A DNA stretch of 64,000 nt from contig OZ024744.1 in the NCBI GenBank assembly GCA_964016885.1, positions 81,778,001-81,842,000 on the forward strand, written 5' to 3'. Source of the stretch: Eledone cirrhosa (lineage: Eukaryota). The position numbers and the translations under genes were made by a program. Shown piece by piece: positions 37,421 through 52,995 of this stretch (positions are counted from its first letter, which is position 1; every line of letters begins with the position of its first letter). Below the pieces are notes generated by a model that did no database searches, was not told the origin of the DNA, and saw only the letters and a list, made by a program, of their open reading frames with translations.

Positions 37421-38364
37421 ACATACATGTATACATGGTAGCGGCAAATTCTGCTAAGAGTATTGCAATCTCTTGTCAGATTATAGAGTACGGCCAGCCA
37501 CACGAACCTGTAACAGATCCTGAACAAGCAATGCACACCCACGTACGCGCACACACACACACAGAGACAGACAGACATTCACGTGAGTGTGTGCACGTAC
37601 GCGCTGTGTAAACATTAAATGTTTTAGCTCTTGAATCATTTCAGTTCTTTAGCGCGTGTAGGCTAAAGTTGTCAAATTATATCAAATTATTAAACAGTCA
37701 CCTGACAGCTGCTCTCCCAATACACCCACACACACATACACAAACACACTGACACACACACACACGCGCACATATATATATATACATATGCATACAAACA
37801 TTCATGCATATCTATACACACATACACGTATAGTTACGGGAGTGTGATTTTTGCGTTACTAAAAAATAATCCCTCGATATGTAAACAGAAATAATTTATA
37901 TATTTTAACCTGTTAGCATTTAAACCGGCCGTATCCGTCCAGAATTCTCTCACCTCTTTCTCTTCAAACCAGCTGTAACCAGCCACTCATACTGATATTA
38001 ACGTATTGTTCTCAAAATAAATAACATCAATATCTCATAGATTCAATATTATGCGATATAATTATATAAGATAAAGCCTTTACCATGAAAATATAACAGT
38101 AAATATAGAGTAATGTAAATGATAACGGGTTAATACATGGTATTTATTTATATTTATTCAAGGAACTATTAGTTTCATAATTAACCACCTCAAACAGCAT
38201 TTCTATTATATATACATAGTATATTTCTATTTTATTAAAGGTAATTATTAACAACTATAAGTATTAATGTGGTGTGGTAAATAAATATATACATATACAC
38301 AAGAACATATACATATACAATAGAACCAAACTCCCACTGTCACTGCCTCCGTCTCTCCCCATCT

Positions 38365-38672
38365 CTCAGTAGAGAAGGCGTTTCCCCGGAGGATGGTGAG
38401 GGAGACGCGCTGGAAGAGCCATTCCAGTTCACGAGGCTCACACCCATGAGTAGCCAACTCTGTGCCGATGATGATGATGTGTAGGGAGATGGTTATAGGG
38501 CCAAGGACACCAGAAGTTCTCCACTGCTACAAACTCGACCGCAAACCTGTCGGAGGGCGACCGATATTTGGAGAGTTTACCTTCCTCGGCCCGAAGTGTA
38601 ACAGAGCCTGGGTTAGACGCAGACTGCACCAGGTTGCCGCTGGAGAATATGTCGCTGCATATGGCATCCCTG
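38365..38672 (-). pseudogene. CRE-type non-LTR element C-terminus
   Basis: RDAICSDIF...RAEEGKLSKY...FVAVEN; EPRELEWLFQRVSLTILRGNAFS. Confidence 0.78.
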
Positions 38673-38709
38673 ATCTTCACTGTTTTATTTATTTTTGTTG
38701 CTGTCGTGG

Positions 38710-38985
38710 CCAGATGTTACACCCATGCAGCTAAACCCAAACCTCTTGTTTCTGCTTTTAGTTTGGAGCTTTTGAACCATACGTCAGCAATGTCCCACCT
38801 TTCATCACTTGGTTTCGACTTTCTTGTTTGTGTGTATTGGCATATCCCAGAGTATGTTTCTTTTGTCATTCTCTGACACCTTTTCTGGTGTATGTTTGTA
38901 CCACCTTTTTTTCCCCCTGCTCATAACATCCACTGTCTGTAAGTCCCAACACTATCTTGTCTGGATACATTGTTTGTGGGGCTAT
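38710..38985 (-). pseudogene. R4/Dong-clade C-terminal fragments (rearranged)
   Basis: SRQDSVGTY..W, RWYKHTPEKVSENDKRNILWDMPIHTNKKV, then LKAETRGL. Confidence 0.65.
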
Positions 38986-39002
38986 GACTGGTCCGCATGA
39001 GG

Positions 39003-39003
39003 C

Positions 39004-39080
<77 letters not shown>

Positions 39081-39175
39081 CTTCTTCTTCTTCTTCTTCT
39101 TCTTCTTCTTCTTCTTCTTCTTCTTCTTCTTCTTCTTCTTCTTCTTCTTCCTCTTCCTCTTCCTCTTCTTCTTTT
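39003..39175. repeat. (TTG)n-(TTC)n microsatellite
   Basis: Directly visible. Confidence 0.95.
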
Positions 39176-39214
39176 TAGTATTAGCATTAGTATTACTGGT
39201 GCTTCAATAGCAGA

Positions 39215-39639
39215 GCCCTGAGGATCACCGAGAACATAACATGGTACTACCACGTTTCCAGCAAAGAGTTGCGTGCGCACATGCATCATCCCGCAGACCA
39301 CCACCTCATAGCCATCCGCCGCATGCACTGGTACGGACATGTCCTTCCTTCGCCTGCCGCCAGATCATAATTCTAGGAAACTTACATACGTCAAGGCAGC
39401 TACAGCCTGGAAGAGGCCCTGGAACAGGACCCCACACCACATGGATGGATGACATCGAGGAAGATCTCCAGAGGTTCGACGTCCCCTTGGAAGTTGCAGA
39501 GGAGCTGGCATGGAAACACCAATGATGGAGGGCACTGGTGGTTCTGGTTAGCTCTACGTTTGATCATGCATCTAGTTCACTGACCTAAGATGACCCCAGT
39601 CTCATCGAGCAAGGGCAAGAAGAAGAAGAAGAAGAAGAA
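39215..39639 (+). mobile_element. RTE-clade LINE 3' end with (GAA)n tail
   Basis: RRMHWYGHV, GPHTTWMDDIEEDL, WRALV; tail at 39617-39639. Confidence 0.75.
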
Positions 39640-39655
39640 TCACTATTATTAGAAA

Positions 39656-39855
39656 GGCGGTTGATCGTCGGACAACATACTTTTCGGCTTAGAGTTACTT
39701 CTCTTTACGTTCTGAATTCAAATACCGCTGAGGTTAGCTTTGCTTTTCATCCTTACGCCGTTGAAAAAATAAAGTACCAGTAACGCACTGGGATCAATTT
39801 AATCGACTTCTCCCTCAAATTGTTGACCTTTTGTCTAAAACAGAAACCATTATTG
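39656..39855 (+). mobile_element. tRNA-derived SINE (older subfamily)
   Basis: TTCTGAATTCAAAT...GCTTTTCATCCTTACG...AAAGTACCAG...AGAAACCATTATT. Confidence 0.8.
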
Positions 39856-39869
39856 TTGAAAAGGATGAG

Positions 39870-40063
39870 GGCGGTGGATTGGCAGTATTGGTAGAGGGTC
39901 GGACGCCATGCTTTGCAGCATAGAGTTATGGCCCTTTATGATCTGAGTTCAAATCCCGCCGAGGTTAACTTTGCCTTTCATCCTTACGGGGTCGATAAAA
40001 TAAAGTACCAGTATTGCACTGGGATAATTGCTGGCCTTGTGCCAAAAGTAGAAATAATTATTT
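39870..40063 (+). mobile_element. Full-length tRNA-derived SINE
   Basis: GGCGGTGGATTGGCAGTATTGG (A-box-like), GAGTTCAAATCC (B-box), conserved core, ATT tail. Confidence 0.9.
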
Positions 40064-40391
40064 AAAAAGGGTGTTGATGAATGTCAGAAACTGAATGACA
40101 CAGAATCGACCTTTCCTTTCCTTTTCTTTCCTTTTCATTTTACCCGAGTCAATAAAAATAAAGTAGCAGTCAAGTACTGAGGTAGATTAAATTGTTCTCT
40201 AGCTTTGTTCTACATTTCTCCCCCACCAGAAACCCAATTTCTGCTCTTGTGTGCCAATCTAAGAAATCATTATTAATATTTTAAAGCAAAAATATCACAA
40301 ATGGCCACACAAGAATAACCACGATAATAAGAATAGTAACCACAGTATGAACTTTTTAACAAAAATGAAGATCAAGATTGAGATCAAGATC

Positions 40392-40490
40392 AAGAGAGAG
40401 AGAGAGTGAGAGTGAGGGGAAGAGAGATAGAGAGAGTGAGAGTGAGGGGAAGAGAGATAGAGAGAGAGATAGAGAGAGATAGAGGTAGAG

Positions 40491-40521
<31 letters not shown>

Positions 40522-40819
40522 GAAGAAGAGAGTGTGAGAGAGAAAGAGAGATAGAGAAAGTGAGAGAGTGAGAGAGTAAGAGAGTGAGATAGGCAGTGAG
40601 AGAGTGAAAGAAAAAAACCCAGAAATAGATAGGGAGAGAGAGAGACAGAGAGTGAAAGAGAGAGAGAGAGTGAGAGAGAGAAAGTGAGAGAGGCAGTGAA
40701 ATAGGCAGTGAGAGAAAGAGAAAGTGAGAGTGAGTGAGAGAGGCAGTGAGAGAGGCAGTGAGAGAGGCAGTGAGAGAGGCAGTGAGAGAGGCAGTGAGAG
40801 AGGCAGTGAGAGAGGCAAT

Positions 40820-40903
<84 letters not shown>
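40392..40903. repeat. (GA)n polypurine tract including a 12-bp GAGAGGCAGTGA tandem
   Basis: Directly visible. Confidence 0.95.
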
Positions 40904-40906
<3 letters not shown>

Positions 40907-41104
40907 CGAAAACAAATAATGCAAAAATAGAAAAAAAAAACAACGAAAAACTAGAAGAAATAGTGAAAAAAAAGAAAACTTTTGACTGAGACAAAAAACC
41001 AAAGAAATACGTACCTCCCCCATAAGTAATAACAAAAACAGGAAAAAAATTAAGAAACCTTTTAATTAACTGATTTGAATATGTTGCCGTTGTTGTTGTA
41101 GCCA

Positions 41105-41183
<79 letters not shown>

Positions 41184-41195
41184 GTTGCTGTTGCT
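41105..41195. repeat. (TAC)n microsatellite
   Basis: Directly visible. Confidence 0.95.
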
Positions 41196-41566
41196 GCGGT
41201 TGCCACTCACCAATGGTCCACTTTTTGTTACTCTTCTTGTTTACCATAAACCATGTGATGTTTTTCCCTTTCGAAAATGTCACTGGTAACGATCACTTAG
41301 AAGATTTTTTCTTAGATTGAGAGGTCCCTTGAGGAGTCGCGAACAAACTCACAAATAATGATATCCTGAATTATGGGAATATCGAAGCTGTGACTTACAC
41401 GGAGAAGTTGCAGTCGGGGACATTGAAGTAAAATTAAGTAACCTTTTATCTTATTTGCTTTTCCCCATATATATGAAAAAACAATGTTATCTCTGATCGA
41501 GACGACGCGAGAGTGTATTTGCATACACAGAAAAATGAGAAGACTCATCGCTAGAATAGCCATTAA

Positions 41567-41634
41567 AACAGCTAAATGCTGTCAAAGACAGCGGTATTTT
41601 TGCTCATCACTGTCTTTGACAGCATTTAGCTGTT
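41567..41634. repeat. 68-bp hairpin with perfect 25-bp arms flanked by CATTAA direct repeats (micro-MITE candidate)
   Basis: AACAGCTAAATGCTGTCAAAGACAG / CTGTCTTTGACAGCATTTAGCTGTT. Confidence 0.85.
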
Positions 41635-41804
41635 CATTAATTCATATCTTAACATAAGGGTCAATGTAATCTAAAGATGGATTTCAGAGCCATTGGTAGC
41701 GATATCTAATGCAGACTTGCCCTTACATATTTGTAGAGCATATACGAGTGGGTAGTTACGTCACGAAGTGCAGGCAGATGTCACGCAGTTTGGATGGAAG
41801 TCAG

Positions 41805-43472
41805 TACAAACAAGCAAACAAACAACTAACTAACCAATCAACCAACCAATCAACCAACCAAACAAGCAAACGAGCAAACAACCAACCAACCAAAAAAGCT
41901 AACAACCAGCCAACCAACCAACCAACCAACCAACCGACGAACCGACCAACCAACCAATAAACGAACCAACCAAACAAGCAAACAACCAACCAGTCAACCA
42001 ACCAACCAACCAACCAACCAACCAACCAACCAACCAACCAACCAACCAACCAACCAACCAACCAACCAACCAACCAACCAACCAACCAACCAACCAACCA
42101 ACCAACCAACCGACCAACCGACCAACCAACCAATAAACCAACCAACCAAACAAGCAAACAACCAACCAGCCAACCAACCAACCAGCCAACCAGCCAACGA
42201 ACCAGCCAGCCAACCAACCAACCAACCAACCGACCAACCAACCAAACAAGCAAACAACCAACCAGCCAACCAACCATCCAACCAGCCAACCAACCAGTCA
42301 ACCAACCATCGGTTGGATGGACCGACCAACCAACCAACCAACCAGCCAACCAACCAACCAGCCAACCAGCCAAACAAACAACCAACCAAACAACCAACTA
42401 ACCAACCAACCAACCAACCAGCCAACCAGCCAAACAACCAACCAACCAAACAACCAACCAACCAACCAACCAACCAACCAACCACCCAGCCAACTAACCA
42501 ATCAGCCAACCAACCGACCAACTAATCAACCAGCCAACCAACCAACCAACCAGCCAACCAACCAACGACCGACCAACCAACCAACAAACCAACCAACCAA
42601 CCAACCAACCAGCCAACCAGCCAACCAGCCAACCAACCAACGACCGACCAACCAACCAACAAACCAACCAACCAACCAACCAACCAACCGACCAGCCAGC
42701 CAACCAACCAGCCAACCAACCAACCGACCAACCAGCCAACCAGCCAGCCAACCATCCAACCGACCGACCAACCAACCAACCAAACAAACAAGCAAACAAC
42801 TAGCCAACCAACCAACCAGCCAACCAGCCAAACAACCAACCAAACAACCAACCAACCAAACAACCAGTCAGCCAACCAACCAGCCAACCAATCAACCAAC
42901 CAGCCAACTAACCAATCAGCTAACCAACCGACCAACCAACCAACTAATCAACCATCCAATCAACCAACCAGCCAACCAACCAAACAACCAGCCAACCAAC
43001 CAACGACCGACCAACCAACCAACAAACCAACCAACCAACCAACCAACCAACCAGCCAACCAACCAACGACCGACCAACCAACAAACCAACCAACCAACCA
43101 AACAAACAACCAACCAGCCAACCAACCAACCAGCCAAACAACAACCAACCAACCAACCAACCAACCAACCAACCAGCCAACTAATCAATCAGCCAACCAA
43201 TCAACCAACCAACTAACCAATCAGCCAACCAACCAACCAACCAACTAACCAATCAGCCAACCAACCGACCAACCAACCAACTAACCAACCAGCCAACCAA
43301 CCAACCAACCAACCAACCAACCAACAAACTAACCAATCAGCCAACCAACCGACCAACCAACCAACTAACCAACCAGCCAACCAACCAACCAACCAACCAA
43401 CCAACCAACCAACCAACCAACCAACCAACCAACCAACCAACCAACCAACCAGCCAACCAACCAACCAACCAA
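41805..43472. repeat. (AACC)n tetranucleotide satellite with variants
   Basis: Directly visible, about 1.7 kb. Confidence 0.97.
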
Positions 43473-43617
43473 GGATACAACAAACGGTTTTATCCGTCTC
43501 CATTTTCTTATTCATTATCTTTCCTTTCTAATTTATTCATTCTTTTTCTCTTTTCTTCACTGATTTCCATATTTCCACGATTACCTTCATCTCTTTCTTT
43601 CTCTTTACTCGCTTACT

Positions 43618-44110
43618 CATACATACAGACATACACATACACATACACATGCACATAAATATACATATACATGCACATATGCAGTCATATACACCTACAC
43701 ATACATACATATACACATACACACACTTATACACATACATATACACACATTCATAGACACATACACACACTTATACACATGCATACTCACATACACATGC
43801 ACATACACACGCATACACGTACATATACTCATACACAGACACATACACTCATACACGTACACATACAGATACACACACTTATATACATGCATGTACATAC
43901 ACATACACACACATACACACTCATACATACACATACATGCACATACACATGCACACACGCATATACATATACACACATACACATACAAATACACATACAC
44001 ATACACACATATACACATACACATACAAATACACATACACATACACATACACACATATACATACACATACATGCACATACACATGCACACACGCATACAC
44101 ATATACACAC

Positions 44111-44147
<37 letters not shown>

Positions 44148-44190
44148 TGCACACATGCACACATACACATACAAATACACATACACACAT

Positions 44191-44227
<37 letters not shown>

Positions 44228-44250
44228 TACATACACACATACATATATCT
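43618..44250. repeat. (CATACA)n microsatellite
   Basis: Directly visible. Confidence 0.95.
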
Positions 44251-44402
44251 CTAAACGTATACACACATATCCTAGTATTGATTTAACCAATAACGAACCC
44301 ACATTTTCTTGCTCCTTCTTTCTCGTCCCCCCCCCCAACACTAACTTAATCACTCAGTGATTCTCTGAGCCACTCACTCATCCCCGATCCTACATCGTTA
44401 AT

Positions 44403-45021
44403 TGGCAGTATCGGTAGAGGGTCGGACGCCATGCTTTGTAGCATAGAGTTACGGCCCTTGCCATTCTGAGTTCAAATCCCGCCGAGGTTAACTTTGCCTT
44501 TCATCCTTACGGGGGTCGATAAAATAAAGTACCAGTAATACACTGGTTAATTGCTGGCCTTGTGCCTAAAGTAGAAACAGTTATTTCATTATTTTATCTA
44601 TTATTAATTGGCAGTATCGGTAGAGCACCCGACACCATACTTTGCAGCATAGGGTTACGGCCCTTTACGTTCTGAGTTCAAATCCCGCCGAACTTAAGCT
44701 TTACCTTTCATACTTAGGGCGTTGATAAAATAAAGTACCAGTAATGCACTGGGTCATTTAATCGACTTTCCCCTCCTCAAATTGCTGGCCTGTGCCTATA
44801 ATAGAAACAATTATTCGGCAGTATCGGTAGGGCGTAGGATACCATACTTAGCAGCATAGAGTTATGGCCCTTTATGATCTAAGTTCAAATCCCGCCGAGG
44901 CTAACTTTGCCTTTCATCCTACGGGGTCGATAAAATAAAGTACCAGTAATGTATTGGGTAATTGCTGGCCTTGTGCCTAACGTAGAAACAATTATTATAT
45001 TTGGCAGTGGATTGGCAGTAT
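44403..45021 (+). mobile_element. Three head-to-tail SINE copies (about 44403-44585, 44608-44813, 44816-44997) plus a fourth head stub
   Basis: Each has GGCAGTATCGGTAG...GTTCAAATCCCGCC...AAAGTACCAG...AGAAACA. Confidence 0.9.
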
Positions 45022-47535
<2,514 letters not shown>

Positions 47536-47607
47536 ACAAACAGACTTATAACCTCACTTTATTTCTCAATGGTTAAATCGGTCTTATTAGTCCCCGAGGA
47601 TAAAAAA

Positions 47608-47623
47608 ACATCACCACCATCAT

Positions 47624-47664
<41 letters not shown>

Positions 47665-47795
47665 ACGTCTTTCCTTCTCCTCCTCCTCATCATCATCACC
47701 ATCATTACCATCATCACCGCCATCATCGTCATCATCACCATCATCATTACCACCACCACCACCACCACCACAACAACAATAATAACAACAACAAC

Positions 47796-47826
<31 letters not shown>

Positions 47827-48052
47827 CCACAACAACAACAACCACAACAACAACAACCACAACAACAATAACAACAACAACAACATACAGAATATTTCCA
47901 TAAACAGAAACGAAGGCTGCAGTTATTAAAAGTTGTAATTTTGATATAAAGCAAACAAAATATTCTCAACAAATAACATCAACATTTACAACAACAACAA
48001 CAACAACAACAACAGTAGCAACAACAACAATAATAACAACAACAACAATATC
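47608..48052. repeat. (CAT)n, (CAC)n and (CAA)n microsatellites
   Basis: Directly visible. Confidence 0.93.
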
Positions 48053-49149
48053 AACAAAATCTAAAGAATTGTTCGTTTACACAGCATGAACAAACCATTT
48101 TTTATTTTAAACAAAATTTTTAAGCAAAATGACTGGATTAATTAAAACTTCTTCAGACAAAAATAGTCATTTTATTTTTCAAAAATTACTTTTTGACTAT
48201 AATTTTGAATAATTTAACATAACATCTGGAATTGTACCTTTCATCAGATTAACTTAAATTTTTTTTCCTCAAATGATATTTGAAAAGAACATTTTTGAAA
48301 TGATGTAAAAGTTATTTTAATTTCATTTTATTTTCTAAAAGTAAATTTAAAACAAGACAACTAAAGTAATTTTTCATAAGAATAATAATAAAAAAAATTA
48401 TTTATTAAAACTAAATTTTGATTCAAATTAACAAATTTTAAAGCATGTTTCTTCAGGGAAACTCATCTAGAATGGACATATAGGTGGTTCTTAGTCAACA
48501 TGGAACATGCACCATGTATTATAACATAAATCGAATTTTTCTTTATTTTTAAAGGGACAATTTTCAAATGATCTTTTAAAAATTTAGAATTCACAAAACA
48601 TAATTAAAAGTAACCCCCCCCCCCAAAAAGCAAATGAACAGAAGGAGTGGGAACTCTAAACCTCGGTTAGATAGCACACGTCAGGTGTGCTTCGTGGACA
48701 ATATGGCGAAAGTTTTGTCAAGAAGAACAGCTAGTGATATCAGCTATATTAACTATTCCAATTCACGAAGCTCTTTCTCAGTCGCGATGTCCTCGTCTCC
48801 ATTTGGTGGAGGAAAACGGCAGTCAAAGGACCGTAGGCATGGGCGGTCTCAATAGCAACAGGCTCAAAGATGGAAACTGTCCTTTAAGCCTGGTATTTTG
48901 TTAGCTTCCATTCTTCTACTTTGCGGATGGCAGCGTTCAGATTCAGTAAAAAGTATAATCAGTCAGAAGTCAAGAATTGAGAAAATTTACACTACATAAA
49001 AAACACACAAACACTATGGACAAACTGAAAAAAAACAAAACAAAAAAATAAAACAAAAAAAATAAAGAAAATATAAACAATCTACAGAAATTGAGTTTAA
49101 ACTGAAAATGAACGGGAAAAAATGATCTGACTTTGATCTGACAAAATAT

Positions 49150-50100
49150 TTTTACTTTTAGCTACGACAAAATTACTTTTGAAAGAGATGTTTCGATTGA
49201 AAGCTATACAAAGGTCTTAGATAAAATGAAAAGATCAAAGAAACAAATACTAGGAATTGTGATTCAAAGAACTAGATATTGCAAAACATATACTTTCCGG
49301 CTATCAACCGTTATTACTATTGAATGGTATAGCGAATCGATTGACAACATAAACATCGAAGTAAAATATTCCGACAACACCGAATTTCTATCTCTGCTCT
49401 TTTTGCAGCTCAAAATCACAGAGAAGGGATCCATCAACGTCTTTTTCAGAAAAGCGACATACAGGGGTCTATTTGTTGCACAACAAATCAGCTCTAACTA
49501 CCAGAGTCAAGATCGTCTACTTACGAAATGAGATCTCTCAAACACGCAACAAAAACAGCAGATTGAAAATGAGACTATTAGCACCAAGCATTTCCAACAG
49601 GTCCTAATGGTGAACGGCTCCCCAGAATGACAATATACCACAAACGTAGGTTCACACCTATAGGGAACGCGTGCTTTCGTAAAACTAACACACTTTAATG
49701 AGAGAATCGCTGCAGCAATCTGTTAAGCAATTCATAAGGATGTAGTGGATATACAACTAGTGTATTATTATTCACATTAGAGAACATGCCTATACAAGTG
49801 TTTCTTCTGTTATGAAACAATTATGAAAATACCACATCCAAAATATTAATGTCACTATCAAAGCATCCGAACAAAATAGCGAAAATTAAAGAATTAAAGT
49901 GGCAATTCACATAAATAGACTAAACTCATCTACCAATAATAGAGAAGAAGTTCACAGAGCCGATTGGTTATTACAACAATGCCTGTCCACACACGTCACT
50001 ACCATCCGACTCTACATTCAAGCTAAAGAGACCAGCTCACCACTGTCAGTTTCTCTTGAAAACAGGATTTTAACCTCGAAATATCGAAGTATAAAATAAA
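49150..50100 (+). pseudogene. Highly degenerate Penelope-like RT thumb region
   Basis: NINIEVKYSDNTEFLSLLFLQLKI...SINVFFRKATYRGL resembles the PLE F.ME.E....LPFLD.....VYRKPT.TG motif; boundaries uncertain. Confidence 0.5.
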
Positions 50101-50363
50101 AGTATAAATTGTTGCCTTGTTTTATTTTAATTTGCTTTTGTATTCACCTCCTTATTTCCTGCTTGTACTGTTCTCATATTTTTAAAACAAACTAAACGTT
50201 ATCTCAAAATGCTTATTTCTTTATGGAAAGCGTCCTCTATGCTGTAATAGCAATTGTTATCGAGATAATTTCAAGAAATTTCTCATTTAAAATTTACAAA
50301 GGTCAGTCTGATCGGCACAATACAATTTTAGACTGACTTTTACGTACTCTTTCTTTCTTTTTT

Positions 50364-50413
<50 letters not shown>

Positions 50414-50707
50414 TTTCATTCTTTTTTGTTTGTTTGTTTCTTCCTTTCTTCACTCTTTTCATCTCACTTTCCCTCATCGCTTTAGTTCAATCTGTCAATA
50501 CTTTTATTTTCCTATATTTTTTTCGGTATATTTTTTGAAGCCCATTTCATATTAAGGATACATGTATGTTGTATATTTAGAATCCCCCTTGTCTAAAGTG
50601 AAGTACGAAAAATATATATGACCCGGGGGAATTCTCCGTTCGATTAAGACTCCTGTACAATCATAGCCAGGAACTTTTCCTCTCTAATTAGGCAAAACTT
50701 CTCATGC

Positions 50708-51192
50708 ACAAATAAATACCACAAGGTTTTGATTGCACACAATGCTAAGGTGAGTTATTCTTGCGTAGAAATCATCGTTTCTACACTACACTACACTACA
50801 TCGTTTCTACACTACAAATAAATACCACAAGGTTTTTAATGCACACAATGCTAAGATGAGTTATTCTTGCGTAGAAATCATCGTTTCTACACTACACTAC
50901 ATCGTTTCTACACTACAAATAAATACCACAAGGTTTTTAATGCACACAATGCTAAGGTGAGTTATTCTTGCGTAGAAATCATCATTTCTACACTACATCG
51001 TTTCTACACTACAAATAAATACCACAAGGTTTTTAATGCACACAATGCTAAGGTGAGTTATTCTTGCGTAGAAATCATCATTTCTACACTACACTACACT
51101 ACATCGTTTCTACACTACAAATAAATACCACAAGGTTTTTAATGCACACAATGCTAAGGTGAGTTATTCTTGCGTAGAAATCATCGTTTCTA
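50708..51192 (+). repeat. Five-copy tandem repeat (periods 106/101/96/106) derived from Penelope-like coding sequence
   Basis: Unit encodes NKYHKVFNAHNAKVSYSC, homologous to [17 protein letters not shown] at about 16250. Confidence 0.88.
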
Positions 51193-51532
51193 ATATCCTA
51201 TACTTCAATAGAAAAGCATACATTCACACAGGATTCAATTCAGGCACCAATCCGCGGCTGATAAAAACCTAATAAAACTGTACGCCCACTGAGAGGATGC
51301 TGCTGTTCCTGGGCAGTGGTATGAAGGGGGACTGTCATCTAACTTAATGGTATGTTGAGGAATTATATAGGAATTAAAGCCAACAACCTCAAGGGAAGGT
51401 TTACGCAATATGTGAAAATATATCATGTAGATAGACTATATGATCTTTGGCAGCTTAGAGTAACGGCCATCCAACTCTGTTTAAACCTTTGTTGTTAAAA
51501 CCTGGCCATCAAACTAATTTCATTATCTTATA

Positions 51533-51600
51533 CAGAGGTTCTTAAACTTTTGGGATCACCCCGCCTCCCGGTCACGTAATACCGTTATTGCCATCAACCC
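51533..51600. mobile_element. hAT MITE left-end fragment
   Basis: CAGAGGTTCTTAAACTTTTGGG terminus. Confidence 0.55.
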
Positions 51601-51640
51601 TATTTCTAGAGAGACCTGCCTACACGCAAATTGTAAATAA

Positions 51641-52677
51641 TCTATATATATAAAACTGTGGTTGTCTGTCTGTCTATCGATTTTTGGCACACATCTCCTC
51701 TTAGAATCTCTCACGGAATTGCACCGAAATTGCTATACTTGTACATTGAGCCCTAGCGAAGACATCGGAAAAAAGATATTTCAAATTGACCCACCCTATG
51801 TGACGAAATCGAATATAATGTATCGATTTTTGAGCGTAAGTTATCAGTTATTTCCCTTTGTTCTGTTTACATTGAGCGTCTTACGTAAAAAATTACGCTG
51901 GCTTTCTCAGCGTTTAAAATGACATTAACACAATACACGAACAGACAGTTGTCGAGCCAGCAAAATATTGACCTGCAAAATTCATCAGTTCGAACACTAA
52001 GCTTCCGTTTTGCTTCATTTCCATTTAAAAGCATTTTAAAACAATATTTTTACTTGAAAACAAGTCTATTTAAAGACTACGTAAAACAAGCAAATATTTC
52101 GTCGTTAGGCGTGCAGATAGACAGTCGTGCAGACAGACAGTCGTACAGACAGACAGTCGTGCAGACAGACAGTCGTGCAGACAGACAGTCGTGCAGAGAG
52201 GTGATATACGCGTGCAGACAGACAGTCGTGCAGAGAGGTGATATAGGCGTGCAGACAGACAGTCGTGCAGAGAGGTGATATAGGCGTGCAGACAGACAGT
52301 CGTGCAGAGAGGTGATATAGGCGTGCAGACAGACAGTCGTGCAGAGAGGTGATATAGGCGTGCAGACAGACATAACTGATAATTTGGTTACGCTAATGTT
52401 TTTCTCTGCGTTGCAGTGTTTACATTTTCGATCTTTGTTAATAAATAACCAGTGCAGTTTCTATCCCCAGCATCCTCTTTTGTTATAACATTCGGGTTAT
52501 CGTTATGTTTTCTTAACTTCATAAGGCATATTGTTGGTTGAGGGAATATTAATCAAAAACACCACATGCAAGTCTGCACAGTAGACACTACAGTTTTTAA
52601 GCCAAGAAAGAAACTTAACATTGTAACTTTAACACAGCTACTGAGCGACCCCGAGCAACGCCGGGCTTTACTGCTAG
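51641..52677 (+). mobile_element. Non-autonomous Helitron with internal tandem repeat (52108-52372)
   Basis: A|TCTATATATATAAAA 5' end; CCCGAGCAACGCCGGG hairpin then CTAG|T 3' end; internal 16-bp and 37-bp units. Confidence 0.88.
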
Positions 52678-52681
52678 TATA

Positions 52682-52880
52682 TCTATATAATACTAATAGT
52701 CTGTGATTGCTTGATTGCTTGTCTGTAATGAAATACAGTCAAAAGGGCGGATAATGGGAAAATACTTTGAAAGGAAGTTGACCCTGAAATGGGAATACAA
52801 ATTGAATAAAACAAGTTTCGCGTAAATCCGACCACGGGTTCCCGAGATATGGGATTTTCTGGGTACCTTCATAAACATAG
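52682..52880 (+). mobile_element. Second Helitron-like 5' fragment
   Basis: A|TCTATATAATACTAATAGTCTGTG start directly after the first element; no 3' CTAG seen. Confidence 0.55.
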
Positions 52881-52884
52881 AGAG

Positions 52885-52995
<111 letters not shown>

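Noticed and set aside
39870-39960. tRNA gene
   Set aside because: Only A/B-box-like SINE head; no cloverleaf and continues into the SINE body
41310-41520. Candidate exon after TTTTTTCTTAG, or hAT-like transposase remnant
   Set aside because: All three frames hit stops; similarity to hAT motifs too weak to call
41801-43515. NQPT/LVGW repeat ORFs
   Set aside because: Translations of (AACC)n
48225-48255. Minus-strand CTGATGA
   Set aside because: No downstream GAAA or stems
48634-48855. 73-aa ATG-initiated ORF
   Set aside because: No recognisable domain; length expected by chance
50708-51192. CRISPR-like array
   Set aside because: No unique spacers and no cas genes; eukaryotic tandem repeat
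52108-52372. CRISPR-like 37-bp repeat
   Set aside because: Contiguous units without spacers, inside a Helitron
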